From NCBI GenBank assembly GCA_965205485.1, contig OZ242180.1, positions 3,456,001 to 3,520,000 on the forward strand: 64,000 nt of DNA. The letters are read 5' to 3'. A program made the position numbers and the translations under genes. Shown piece by piece: positions 1 to 10,238 of the stretch. The notes below the pieces were generated by a model that saw only the letters and a list, made by a program, of their open reading frames with translations, was not told the origin of the DNA and ran no database searches. Source of the stretch: Candidatus Latescibacterota bacterium (lineage in GTDB: Bacteria > Latescibacterota > UBA2968 > GCA-2709665). Within the stretch, counting starts at the first letter, position 1; each line of letters opens with the position of its first letter.

Positions 1-13
1 AAGGTGGTAAAAG

Positions 14-805
14 GTGATCACGCACAAAGAGAGAGACACGTTCGAACTCTACAGCCATCCGGAGATCTATGACGTTGCCTTCTCATGGGATCTCTCTGAC
101 GAGATACGCTTCTTCAAACGCGTCTTTGAAATGCACGTACCGTTCCCTGTGAACGACGTTCTCGAACCGGCCTGTGGCACTGGGCGAATGCTGCGAGCGC
201 TGGCTGGCGCTGGGATCCAGGTCACGGGTTATGACGCCAACCCGTCCATGGCGCAGTACGCAAAGGACTCGATTGCAGCGGATGGCACAGATTTCCGCGT
301 GATGCTTGCCGAAATGGCATCCGCTGAGATCCCCGGCTTATTCGATGCAGCGGTGAATTCGATTAACAGCATCGGATACCTGCACTCCGATGACGATATC
401 GTCTCGCATCTGCGAATGACCGGTTCATCACTCCGGGAGGAGGGGGTCTACGTTCTCCATCTTAACTTCGCCCATACGGGTGATCTCCCGGATGGTGATC
501 ATTGGACGCAAGAACGCGGCGGCATTCGCGTGAGTACGTCGTGGAGAATCCTGAACGAAGACAGAGAATCGAGATTGTGTCACCAGGTATGCACGATTGT
601 GGTCGAGCAGAATGGGAAAACCGATCGATATGAGGAGAGCCATACGTTAAGGCTTTGGCTTTTTTCCGATCTGGTGAAACTGGCACACAAATCCGAAGCA
701 TTCGAAGTCGCGGCGATTTACGGGGAGGATTTCGTAGAGATTGAGGATAAAGAGCACGTGTCCGGCGAACATGGAAACGTCTACGTGATACTCCGGAAAG
801 TCTGA
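14..805 (+). CDS. Class I SAM-dependent methyltransferase
   Basis: Motif I VLEPACGTGR, followed by GYD and FDAAV; 263 aa. Confidence 0.85.
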   Translation: MITHKERDTFELYSHPEIYDVAFSWDLSDEIRFFKRVFEMHVPFPVNDVLEPACGTGRMLRALAGAGIQVTGYDANPSMAQYAKDSIAADGTDFRVMLAEMASAEIPGLFDAAVNSINSIGYLHSDDDIVSHLRMTGSSLREEGVYVLHLNFAHTGDLPDGDHWTQERGGIRVSTSWRILNEDRESRLCHQVCTIVVEQNGKTDRYEESHTLRLWLFSDLVKLAHKSEAFEVAAIYGEDFVEIEDKEHVSGEHGNVYVILRKV

Positions 806-965
806 TCACTCACGGGAGATGAAATGCCGATCTCGACTCGCCGCGGCTCCAGGCAGCAGGCGATGAAGAACCCCAATACTGATTGCGACGATTACAGATA
901 ATGGCTATCTTTGTTCAGTTAAATGGCATCATTAGCAATCAGGAAAGAAGCCATCGGATAGAGAT

Positions 966-1187
966 ATGAGCGATTTTAGGTTCAGGGTACTCATTGTGCA
1001 GGACGAAGACGGTATTTTCGTGGCTGAGGTCCCCGCGTTACCGGGGTGTATTTCACAGGGTTCTACGCGACAGGAAGCCCTGGCAAATGCCCGGGAAGCC
1101 ATCGAACTCTATATCGAGAGTCTTGAAGCCCACGGAGACCCGATTCCACCCGCAATTGCGGAACAAATCGTCGAGATCAAGATGTGA
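966..1187 (+). CDS. hicB: HicB-family antitoxin (short form)
   Basis: VPALPGCISQGSTRQEALANAREAIELY is the typical HicB partial RNase H fold; overlaps the hicA start. Confidence 0.85.
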   Translation: MSDFRFRVLIVQDEDGIFVAEVPALPGCISQGSTRQEALANAREAIELYIESLEAHGDPIPPAIAEQIVEIKM

Positions 1188-1397
1188 GCCCGCTCCCGGT
1201 TGTCTCCGGTCGCGACGTTGTCAGCGCATAGGGCAAGAAAGGCTATGAGTACGATCGTCAACGCAGTAGCCACATCGTCTTACGACTCAATCGAGAACCT
1301 TATCGCCGAATCGTTGTCCCCAACCATAGGCAGGTTGCCAAAGGCGATCATTCGCGAGGCGGGATTGACCGTGGATGAATTTAACGCCTTGTTGTGA
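1184..1397 (+). pseudogene. hicA: HicA mRNA interferase, inactivated
   Basis: From GTG 1184 reads MSPLPVVSGRDVVSA*GKKGYEYDRQRSSHIVL...VVPNH.QVAKG; in-frame TAG at 1229-1231 and a frameshift before AIIREAGLTVDEFNALL. Confidence 0.8.
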
Positions 1398-1455
1398 GGT
1401 CGTTTCTCGCCATCGTTGGATGGATTCTGATACCCATCGGACGTTGAAACACGAG

Positions 1456-1492
1456 ACGGGGTGATGAACACCCCGTTACTTTTTTTATTTTT
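1456..1492 (+). terminator. Intrinsic terminator
   Basis: ACGGGGTG-atgaa-CACCCCGT hairpin followed by a long T tract, downstream of hicBA. Confidence 0.7.
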
Positions 1493-1766
1493 GCTCCGTA
1501 TCCGTATTTTCCCCAAAAGCCTCAATATTCGGTGGATCGCGGAACTTGCCCTGAGCTTGCAGAAGAGAACCCTGACCTGACAGGTACCACTCGGCAACCC
1601 TCGACAGCATCAGCGACCACGATCTCAGGGCCAATGCTTCGGTTGGAAACCGGAAAGACGCCCCAAAAGTGGCATTCAAGGACAGATCGAGAACAAAATC
1701 GATCTTGAACCCTGGTCTCTGATTTCCGATTTTGCGGATTAACCGACAGCGCACCGAGGAACTGAA

Positions 1767-1961
1767 ATGAAGCTTTTTCTGGAACTCACAGATTCACAAA
1801 ACGAAAAGTTGGATTCAACCGCCAGACGACTTGGAATACGTCCGGAGGAGCTTGCAAAGGAAGCGTTGGATGAATTGCTTGATAAGCTTCAAGAGGATTT
1901 CGAGGCCGCGGCACAGCGCGTCTTAAGCAAGAATGAGGAACTCTATAGAAGGCTGAGTTAA
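1767..1961 (+). CDS. Putative RHH/CopG-type antitoxin
   Basis: 64 aa ending [20 protein letters not shown]; stop overlaps the Doc-like start. Confidence 0.7.
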   Translation: MKLFLELTDSQNEKLDSTARRLGIRPEELAKEALDELLDKLQEDFEAAAQRVLSKNEELYRRLS

Positions 1962-2299
1962 TGAGGTATCTCTCTCTGGCAAAGGTGATCGAACTTCACA
2001 GACGCGTTGTTGATCAAAGTTGCGGAGCACCGGGGTTGCGCGATACAAGCAGATTAGAGTCGGCCGTTGCGCAACCCCGAATTTCTTTTGAGGGGCGGGA
2101 TCTATATCCTTCGCTGATCGAGAAAGCAGGCGCATTATGCTTTTCCCTGGTGCAGAACCATCCGTTTGTCGACGGGAACAAGAGATTGGGCCATGCAGCG
2201 ATGGAACGTACCCTGGCGCGCTTCGCTATACTCAGCCGTAACCAGGTAGGTGGAAGTGAACACGCGAGATCGCCTAACGGTTCAATCACTCCCCCTTGA
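1961..2299 (+). pseudogene. Fic/Doc-family toxin, C-terminally disrupted
   Basis: [11 protein letters not shown]ic motif; after HAAME (~2208) the frame runs into a repeat element also found at 31645-31880. Confidence 0.7.
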
Positions 2300-2432
2300 G
2301 GGGGAGTCGCAGAAGCCGAGCCGTCCCCTGAGCACTTGCCCTGAGCTTGTCGAAGGGGCAGGCGACGGCTGATGCGGTGGGGGATTTCAACGCATTACCG
2401 TATTCAAGCAGCACGGCTAAACATGCAGGCAT
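2209..2432. repeat. ~230-bp dispersed element containing the palindrome CTCCCCCTTGAGGGGGAG (copy 1)
   Basis: Colinear similarity with 31645-31880. Confidence 0.75.
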
Positions 2433-2592
2433 CTTGTATAGAAGCCCTGTTGTAAAGATCTGACGTTCAGGTATACTTCTATCGGTCCCCCGTGCCAGCG
2501 CGATAGAACCAGATAATCCTTGCCATTGTGGATTGACTTGATGGATTCCGGGTCAAGCCATCGGAGTTGATCTGGAATGAGAGGAGGAAGCG

Positions 2593-3087
2593 ATGGAAGT
2601 GATCCGACTCGCTGATATGCTGCCGGTCAGCCAATGTGTCGCAAAATGCGACAGTGAACATCTTGTTCTATCGGGATACGGCTACGTCCGCACCCCCGGG
2701 GTATACGAGGTACCGCTGACGATCGAAGCGGAGGCGAAGACGGATTCGACAAACCTGCGCCTCCACTTCGCGAAAGGGCACGTAATATTGAATTGGGAAG
2801 CCGTTCCGGACCAGTTGGCATGCTACGAACCGGTGTACGGGCATGCGTTCCATGTCAGGGGAAAGGGACGGATTCCGCAGGATTCATGGGTAAAGGTGTC
2901 GTGGTTGATCGAGCGGGATTTCATGCGTGTGCTGGTCGACGATGAACTCAGATATACGAACGAGGGAGAAACTGGTGATGAGTTTCATCGGATCGATTAT
3001 CGGGGTCTGATTGGTCCCGTTTGCATCGGGCCGGGGTGGGGTTCAACCGTGACCGTCCGGTCTCTGGCCGTCGAGGAGTCGGACTGA
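2593..3087 (+). CDS. Hypothetical protein, probably all-beta
   Basis: Strong RBS GAGGAGG; 164 aa rich in alternating beta-strand patterns. Confidence 0.6.
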   Translation: MEVIRLADMLPVSQCVAKCDSEHLVLSGYGYVRTPGVYEVPLTIEAEAKTDSTNLRLHFAKGHVILNWEAVPDQLACYEPVYGHAFHVRGKGRIPQDSWVKVSWLIERDFMRVLVDDELRYTNEGETGDEFHRIDYRGLIGPVCIGPGWGSTVTVRSLAVEESD

Positions 3088-3297
3088 TCGTGACAGGAAG
3101 GTTCATAGAGACCGCGGAACGACAATGCGAGCAAGATCCTTATCGCGCGACCTCGGACAACCCGATGAGTCGCTTTGGTTCATAATTCCGTATGACTGCT
3201 ATCCAAGATAGTTTAGAAAAGACGATCTTGGATGCGTAAGTACCTGATTTTCTTGAAAGCCGCTTCGAAGTGCCAATACAGGTCGCCTTCTTTTGGC

Positions 3298-3557
3298 CAC
3301 GGTTGCCCAAGACAAGAATCGATTTGGGACCGGTGTGGTTGGTGTTCCCGGGAGCGAGGGCATCCTGCCCTCGACGTCGGATAACTCGGTGCACAAGGTG
3401 TTTTCCGCGAACAGGTGTCAGATTTAATGGACGCGTCAGTCCCTCGACGTCGGATAGGGGTCGGTGACGCGAAGTTCGAGGGCAGGATGCCCTCGCTCCG
3501 GTTACAGGTGGATCATGTCGTGATGGCGGTTGGGAAAGACGATTTTGGACAGGTGTG
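3298..3557. mobile_element. MITE family A, copy 1 (carries GGAGCGAGGGCATCCTGCCCTCGA inverted pair)
   Basis: Degenerate ends CACGGTTGCCCAAG / TTTTGGACAGGTGTG; internal part matches 38147-38276; no TSD match. Confidence 0.6.
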
Positions 3558-3608
3558 ATTCCCTACCTTTTCGACAGGGTGTTCGTTAGATGGAATGGAG
3601 CCGATGAG

Positions 3609-3977
3609 ATGTTCAAAGAGGCGGTACCAATTCTGGGCGTATCGAGTTCGGAGGCTGCCGAGGAATTCTACTGCCGAAAACTCGGGTTCCGTCGCGTGTA
3701 CGCCTGGCGGCCCGACCCGACAAAGCTTGACCCCTGCTATATGGGTGTCGTCCGGGATTCGGCCCACGTCGTCATTTCCTCGTTTCCCGGTGACGGTCCG
3801 CCCGGGGCGCGGACCGTTCAGATCTACGTCGAAGACGCGGCGGCCGTCTACGCGGAGTACGGGCAAGCCGGTATCGCAGTCGGAGAACTCTCGGACCAGA
3901 GCTGGGGAAATATCGAGTTCAGCTTCGAGGATCCCGACGGTAACAGTCTGTGTATCGCGCAGGACAAGATCGGGTAG
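3609..3977 (+). CDS. VOC/glyoxalase-bleomycin resistance family protein
   Basis: AVPILGV..FYCRKLGF and DQSWGNIEFSFEDPDGN. Confidence 0.85.
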   Translation: MFKEAVPILGVSSSEAAEEFYCRKLGFRRVYAWRPDPTKLDPCYMGVVRDSAHVVISSFPGDGPPGARTVQIYVEDAAAVYAEYGQAGIAVGELSDQSWGNIEFSFEDPDGNSLCIAQDKIG

Positions 3978-4078
3978 TACTCACTCCGTGGAACACAGCG
4001 CCGAAATTCCGACTCGCTATGTCACCAAGATATCCGGCGAGTACGAAACGCTGGAGTTGTCTTGCAGGATGCAGCTGA

Positions 4079-6448
4079 ATGTTGAAATCGCACCTCATCG
4101 TTTCCTGGCGCAGTCTTTCGAGACACAAGGTCGTTTCAATATTAAACGTCTCAGGGATGGCGGCAGGTATCTCTGTCGTATTATTGATCGCAATCTACGC
4201 ACAGTACGAACTCAGCTATGACCGGTTTCACAAGAATGCCGAGAGGATTTTCCGTCTGTCAGTGCGTCAGAAATTCGATAATGGTGAACGCATCTGGCAT
4301 CAATCCGCCTGGTTCATGGGCCCGCGTCTGACTGAAGAATATCCCTTTGTCCATGACTACGTCCGGTTTTTCCGCTTTAACAGAGTGATCGAGTTCCAGG
4401 ACCGCAATATCCGCGCGTCGGGTTACAGTGTCGATGCCAGCGTATTTGATATATTCACCTTTCCACTGGTAAAGGGAGATGCACGGACTGCGCTCGCAAG
4501 GCCCTTTTCGATTGTAATTACAGAATCCCTGGCGAGAAAGCTGTTTGGGAATCAAGATCCCCTGGAAAGGGTCATCAAAGCGGGGGAATTCAAGGGCAAA
4601 TCGTATTTCTTGACGGTAACCGGTGTCCTGAAGGACGTTCCCCGGAATTCGCATATTTCATTCGACTATCTGTTCTCTATAAACAGTGTAACCAGCCATC
4701 TCCCGACCTATTTCAATTCCAAAGGCTGGATGTCCGTATACACGTACGTGCTGCTTGATGACGGCTATCCTTCCAGGGGCTTCGTTGCGCAAGAACGAGA
4801 GTTCATCCGGGAATTCTACGGAAATCGAGACGCCGAACGCTTTCAACTCTCTCTGCAGCCATTGACGGATATCCATCTTGATCCAACTGTAAATCAACAG
4901 TTCTCGGCAAATGTGAGTCTCAGCCGATCCGTCTATATCTACGTCCCTGTAGTGCTGGCGATATTCATTTTGGTCGGTGTCTGTACCAACGTTGTGAACT
5001 TAAACACGGCCCGATCTCTGGACCGCTCGAGGGAAATCGGAGCCAGAAGGGTTTTTGGGGCAAGGCGATCCGAACCGGTTTTTCAGATAGCGGCAGACTC
5101 TCTCTTGATCGTCTCAGCGTCGCTGCTGGCTTCTGTTGTGATCACTTATTCGTGTCTGCCCTATCTGAATCGCCTCACGCTCACGGGGCAATCATACGAG
5201 TTTGAACACGTTACCAGCGTATTAACAACACTTTGCGTGCCTGTCTTCCTGGTTTGTATCGGCGCCGGGAGTTTGCCCGTCCTCTGGCTGGTCAGGGGAC
5301 AGCCCGCAAATATCGCGGAAGGCAAATTGGCATTCAGAACGGCAGCGTGGTTGCGGAATGTGCTGTTTCTGTTTCAGGTAGGGATTTCCACACTTCTGCT
5401 GATTGTTGCTTCAATCGTATACTTGCAGTTGGACCATATCGACAAAAGGAACCTGGGTCTGACGCCAGACCACGTCTTCTATTTTTCCACGCCGGGCCTT
5501 TCGACGCATCAACGCCTGTCGATAGAGCGGGAGTTGAGGCGATCACCATTGATTCTCAACATCGCGTCGGGCGGCATCCCGGGAGGAGTTCTTCAAAGCT
5601 ACACGGCACGAGGTCGTTCCGTTTCTGGCAATGTATCCATCCGGAGTCTCGCGGCGAGTCGTCACTACCTGGAGACCCTGGGCATCGAACTCAAGCAGGG
5701 GCGGGATTTTTTCGCCGAAGATGAATATCAACGCACCTGTCTACTCAATGAAACAGCCGTGCGACTGCTGGGACTGGAGTCGCCGATCGGGGAGGAAATC
5801 ACCTGGTGGAGAAAACGTCGAACGGTTGTGGGTGTGGTCAGGGATTTCAAATTTGTGGCACCGCACAAGCCGGTCGAGCCGCTGGGAATTTTCCTTGTAC
5901 AAAGCGGGTCTGGCATATTGGCGAGAATCCAACCGGAACGCACTGAAGATGCGGTAGACTGGATCCATCAGGGATGGTCACGAATCGCGCCCCGGACCGC
6001 ATTCCCGTCGAATAGCGGGTTCTTGACCGAGCGGTTTGAGCGATGGTATGCAAGAGAACGTGGCTCAAACAGGATAGTCGGCATCTGCACAGGCATCACG
6101 CTGTTGTTGGCCGGCATGGGTCTGGCGGGCTTCGTCAAGTTGACGGTTGAACAGGACACAAAGCAAATAGGAGTACGAAGAGTCCTGGGGGCATCGAAAT
6201 GGCGGGTCGTGGCGATGTACTCAGGGAAGTTTATATTTGCAGGACTCCTGGCCAGCGTCCTGGCGTGGCCTGTCGCATACTATGTCATGTCCCGATGGCT
6301 GCAGGATTTCTCCTATCGAGTTCAGCTGAGTGCGGATGTGTTTGTTTATTCGACGTTGCTTTCTCTATCGATCGTTATGTTTATTGTCGCCGGACAAACC
6401 CTTCGGGCGGCCAGGCTGAATCCCGTAAACGCCATTCGTGAAGAGTAA
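4079..6448 (+). CDS. ABC transporter permease (duplicated MacB-periplasmic/FtsX type)
   Basis: ELSYDRFH, LQPLTDIHL, REIGARRVFGA, QIGVRRVLGAS, RAARLNPVNAIREE. Confidence 0.9.
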   Translation: MLKSHLIVSWRSLSRHKVVSILNVSGMAAGISVVLLIAIYAQYELSYDRFHKNAERIFRLSVRQKFDNGERIWHQSAWFMGPRLTEEYPFVHDYVRFFRFNRVIEFQDRNIRASGYSVDASVFDIFTFPLVKGDARTALARPFSIVITESLARKLFGNQDPLERVIKAGEFKGKSYFLTVTGVLKDVPRNSHISFDYLFSINSVTSHLPTYFNSKGWMSVYTYVLLDDGYPSRGFVAQEREFIREFYGNRDAERFQLSLQPLTDIHLDPTVNQQFSANVSLSRSVYIYVPVVLAIFILVGVCTNVVNLNTARSLDRSREIGARRVFGARRSEPVFQIAADSLLIVSASLLASVVITYSCLPYLNRLTLTGQSYEFEHVTSVLTTLCVPVFLVCIGAGSLPVLWLVRGQPANIAEGKLAFRTAAWLRNVLFLFQVGISTLLLIVASIVYLQLDHIDKRNLGLTPDHVFYFSTPGLSTHQRLSIERELRRSPLILNIASGGIPGGVLQSYTARGRSVSGNVSIRSLAASRHYLETLGIELKQGRDFFAEDEYQRTCLLNETAVRLLGLESPIGEEITWWRKRRTVVGVVRDFKFVAPHKPVEPLGIFLVQSGSGILARIQPERTEDAVDWIHQGWSRIAPRTAFPSNSGFLTERFERWYARERGSNRIVGICTGITLLLAGMGLAGFVKLTVEQDTKQIGVRRVLGASKWRVVAMYSGKFIFAGLLASVLAWPVAYYVMSRWLQDFSYRVQLSADVFVYSTLLSLSIVMFIVAGQTLRAARLNPVNAIREE

Positions 6449-6452
6449 TGGA

Positions 6453-7044
6453 GACTGGTGTCCAGAAACCTTTGGATTTTCAGAGATAAGGCTCAAAAAG
6501 CGGCTTCAATTGGCGATTTTGTACGTGTCCGACCCGGATAACGAAAACCGGGTGGTCATCAGCCGGTGTTTGTTGCAACGCATGTCTTTCTGAGAGGAGC
6601 CGAAAAATCTCTCGCCGCTTCCGTTCCGCGCTGCAGGCGGACGTGCTGCCTCTCAGGTATCGACACGTGAAAATCCCACGTGGATGATCCGATGCTGCAG
6701 TAGATCCTTCGTCGGCCTGGTGGCCCCTTCGACATTTCGACAAGCTCAATGCAAGCACGCTCAGGGCAAGTCCTCTGGATGACAGTCTTCGCGAAGGCAG
6801 GACCGACGCGTTGCGGCAATGGCTGCGGACGACTATCACCACCGTCTATTTCGTGTAAATTCGCGCCATTCGTAGTTATGATTTTGTCTTTCAGCCTTTT
6901 TTCTGGTTTCTTGTCTATTCGCCGTTTCGTTTTCTGGTGTCATTCGCGTTTATTCGTGTAATTCGTAGTTTCGCCTTTTCGTTTTTCGCCGTTTCGTATT
7001 CTCGTCTTTTCGCAGTTAATCAAACCCGTTTTTGGGCAGGTGTG
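6453..7044. mobile_element. MITE family A, copy 2
   Basis: 6453-6788 colinear with 36810-37099; right end TTTTTGGGCAGGTGTG abuts the next ATG; no TSD match. Confidence 0.65.
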
Positions 7045-7707
7045 ATGTCGTTCAGGATTGCAAACGATCCGGAGGCCGATTATCGAGCGTTTGTCAGGGC
7101 GGCCTACGACCGATGCGCGATGGACTATGCGAACCAGCGAAGTCCCGCGGCCGGTGCGGAACTCAACCTTATCGAAGAACGCCTGGCGCCGGGCTCAAGA
7201 GTCCTTGACGTCGGCTGTGGGGCCGGTATCCCGGTGGTGAAGCAACTTTCTAATAAATTTGAAGTTACCGGGGTCGACATCTCATCGAGCATGATCGGTA
7301 TGGCGAGGGAAAACGTCCCTTCAGCCACGTTCATCCGCGCCGATATAACGGAGACCGGATTCCTCGAGGCCTGCTTCGATGCAATTGTTAGCTACTACGC
7401 GATCTTCCATATTCCGAGACAGGAGCATCGGGAACTCTTTCGGCGGTTCGCGCGATGGCTCAGGCCGGGCGGACTCCTTCTGTTTACGGTTGCACCGAAA
7501 GATGACGGGCCCGGATACACTGAGGATGACTTCTTCGGCGAGACCATGTACTGGAGCAACTTTGGGCCCGGGACGTACAGGAAGATTCTCACTGAAACCG
7601 GATTTGAAGTTAAACGGGAAGGGTTTGCGGTAGCCGGGCTTGCGGACGTTGAGGGGCAGACAGAAGTGCATCCATTCTTCTTCGCCGTTAGAAACGAGCT
7701 GTCCTGA
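7045..7707 (+). CDS. Class I SAM-dependent methyltransferase
   Basis: VLDVGCGAGIP, FDAIVSYYAIFH, WLRPGG. Confidence 0.9.
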   Translation: MSFRIANDPEADYRAFVRAAYDRCAMDYANQRSPAAGAELNLIEERLAPGSRVLDVGCGAGIPVVKQLSNKFEVTGVDISSSMIGMARENVPSATFIRADITETGFLEACFDAIVSYYAIFHIPRQEHRELFRRFARWLRPGGLLLFTVAPKDDGPGYTEDDFFGETMYWSNFGPGTYRKILTETGFEVKREGFAVAGLADVEGQTEVHPFFFAVRNELS

Positions 7708-7747
7708 TCAGGTCATTCTCGTGTGGCGTGCGGCCGCGCCTTAGACC

Positions 7748-8599
7748 GTGCCCCCGCGTCAGTTGAGCGCCGAACGATTGGAGATCCGATTTGTGGAAAT
7801 TGACCAGGAACGCCTGAAGTCCATCCTGAATCAGGAACATTCGTACTATGGGTCAACGCCAGCGAAGTACCGCACCGACGGAAATATCGCCCCTCGGGCA
7901 CGGGAGATAATTGCTTCGCAGTTTCACCCCGAGATGCGGGTGCTGGATATCGGTTGCGGGAGTGGCGGGACACTTCTGCAGAATGCCAATCGCATTGGCT
8001 CGGCGCTCGGCGTCGACAATGACCACACACACATCGAATTGGCTGAAAAAGAACGTGAGACGAGGCAAGTCCGGAATGTGGAGTTCAGACTTCTCGATTT
8101 TCTTGCGGAAGGTAACGCCCTGGAGCCTGAGTCGTTCGACTTCGTCTATTCCGAACGTTCGCCTATCGGATACGACAGCTCCGGTGTACAGGCGGCTCTT
8201 CGGGTTCTGAAACCTGGCGGCCTTATCTTTTGCGAACTGATCGGCGAACTGCACCATCAGGAAGTGCGCGAAGTCTTTGGCGATCGTACGCGGCTGTCCC
8301 AGACGATAACGGTTCAGGACCAGATGCGGGTCTCTATGGAGAGGAGCGGTGTAGGGATTCGTCTTGCAGCCGACGTCGTCGAAAAGAGAATCTATCCGGA
8401 TGTCTACGAATGGCTCCAGTTCCAGTGTTCCATCTGGGCATGGGCCGGAGGAACCCTTCCGTGTTGTGATGACCCTCGCCTGAAGCTGTTCGCTGAACGC
8501 AACACGACATCATCCGGTGAGATCGAGACCACACACCACGTCGTCTGGGTCGGAGGCGTCAGACTTCCCGAAAATCCATATCCGGAACGCGTTTCTTGA
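7748..8599 (+). CDS. Class I SAM-dependent methyltransferase
   Basis: VLDIGCGSG, SFDFVY, LKPGG; start uncertain. Confidence 0.85.
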   Translation: MPPRQLSAERLEIRFVEIDQERLKSILNQEHSYYGSTPAKYRTDGNIAPRAREIIASQFHPEMRVLDIGCGSGGTLLQNANRIGSALGVDNDHTHIELAEKERETRQVRNVEFRLLDFLAEGNALEPESFDFVYSERSPIGYDSSGVQAALRVLKPGGLIFCELIGELHHQEVREVFGDRTRLSQTITVQDQMRVSMERSGVGIRLAADVVEKRIYPDVYEWLQFQCSIWAWAGGTLPCCDDPRLKLFAERNTTSSGEIETTHHVVWVGGVRLPENPYPERVS

Positions 8600-8610
8600 G
8601 GGGATAATTC

Positions 8611-9291
8611 ATGGCAAGGTTTATAGGCATTGGCGAGTGTGAATCTGTTTCGGGCGCCGCGGTTGTCATCGACGTGATGCGGGCGTATACCGTCGCCGCC
8701 TGGGCTTTGCATCTGGGCGCCGCGCGTATGATTCTGGTTGACGACCTTGATGTAGCCCTGGAGCTCAAGTCGCGATTTCCAGGATCTCTGGCATTGAAGG
8801 ACGGCGCGCCGGCAGAGGGCTTCGATCTGTACAATTCGCCCGCGGACATTCAGGAAGCGGATATTCGCGGCAAGACCATCGTGCAGCGGACAACCGCAGG
8901 AACGATCGGCGCCGTTGCCGTCCGCCACTGCAGGCCACTGATCTGCACGGGCTTCGTCTGCGCATCGGCCGTCGCCCGGAGATTGCGCGGCCTGGCGCCC
9001 GATGAGTTGACCTACGTGGTGACGGGCGAGGACGGAACGGCTGAAGAGGATCTCGCGTGCGCGGAATACGTCGATGCTCTCGTTCGAAATCCCGATACCG
9101 ATCATGCCCCGTATATCCAGCGGGCTTCAGAGTCCAAAGCGGCGGTCGATATCCGTCAGGCAGCGGCAGAGGGCTACCCGGGCATCAATCCACGAGACGT
9201 CGAAATGTGCGTGGATGTCAACCGTTTCAATTTTACGCTTGAAGCTTCGATGGAAGACGAGCTTCTCGTGCTGAGGAAACGTCAAGTATAG
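8611..9291 (+). CDS. 2-phosphosulfolactate phosphatase (ComB) family protein
   Basis: VVIDVMRA, FDLYNSP, RTTAGT, EEDLACA. Confidence 0.8.
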   Translation: MARFIGIGECESVSGAAVVIDVMRAYTVAAWALHLGAARMILVDDLDVALELKSRFPGSLALKDGAPAEGFDLYNSPADIQEADIRGKTIVQRTTAGTIGAVAVRHCRPLICTGFVCASAVARRLRGLAPDELTYVVTGEDGTAEEDLACAEYVDALVRNPDTDHAPYIQRASESKAAVDIRQAAAEGYPGINPRDVEMCVDVNRFNFTLEASMEDELLVLRKRQV

Positions 9292-9425
9292 GTTCCATTC
9301 ATTACGGGAGATCTGCCCGGCGGCACGTAACGCTTTCCGCCGACTTCTCGCCGGTCGAGTCACCGGGCCGATCCGGACGTTATCCGCGCTGCAATGTCAC
9401 ACTGATCCTCTGAAAGAGTACATCT

Positions 9426-10238
9426 GTGGAAGCTTCAAAGATTACGTTCGTCAGCGATCGGGATGGGACGTTCGATCTCTTCGTTATGAACCCGGACGGA
9501 AGCGATCAGACGAATATTACCTGTACCGACGGGTGGGAGGAAGATCATCCGCGATGGTCGCCCGACGGAAAGTGTATTGCGTATTGCGACCGGCGTCACG
9601 GTAAGGGGGAGATTTACCTGATCGATGTCGATGGGGGTCGATCCATACGACTGACTCATAATTCGGCTCCGGATCTTCGTCCGCATTGGTCGCCGGATGG
9701 GCAGACGCTCATCTTTACCACCGATCGCGACGACAACGTCGAAATCTTCGCGATGAACCGCGACGGCTCCAACCAGCGAAATCTGACCAATCATCCGGCG
9801 CGGGAACTCGAGTCGACCTGGTCTCCCGACGGCGCTCAGATTGCGTTTACCTCGGACCGCGATGGAAAGTCGCAGATATATGTGATGAACCCCGACGGCA
9901 GCCGCCAGCGAAGGCTGCACGTTTCGCACGGGGACGACGACGATCCTGCATGGTCGCCGGACGGCAGGTGGATTGCCTTCAAATCGGACCGAGACGGCGA
10001 CACGCAGATATACGTGATGAAAGCGGACGGGTCCGATCCCAGACGCCTCACCAAACTTGAAGGGGGTGTTGGCGAGGTCTCGTGGTCTCCGGACGGCCAT
10101 CAGATGGTCTTCACAGCCAAAGAAGACGGCCGCCAGCAGATTTATCGAATCGATTTCGACGGCGGGAACCTGATCAACCTGTCCAACAGTCGTGCTAACG
10201 ACTTCGCTCCGGATTGGGGACCAGCGATCGAGGCGTGA
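9426..10238 (+). CDS. TolB-like PD40-repeat beta-propeller protein
   Basis: Five WSPDG..IAF.SDRDG..IYVM repeats. Confidence 0.9.
   Translation: MEASKITFVSDRDGTFDLFVMNPDGSDQTNITCTDGWEEDHPRWSPDGKCIAYCDRRHGKGEIYLIDVDGGRSIRLTHNSAPDLRPHWSPDGQTLIFTTDRDDNVEIFAMNRDGSNQRNLTNHPARELESTWSPDGAQIAFTSDRDGKSQIYVMNPDGSRQRRLHVSHGDDDDPAWSPDGRWIAFKSDRDGDTQIYVMKADGSDPRRLTKLEGGVGEVSWSPDGHQMVFTAKEDGRQQIYRIDFDGGNLINLSNSRANDFAPDWGPAIEA

Noticed and set aside
9426..10238. Regularly spaced DNA repeats suggesting CRISPR or DGR
   Set aside because: They are the coding PD40 repeats of one ORF; no cas or reverse transcriptase gene is present.
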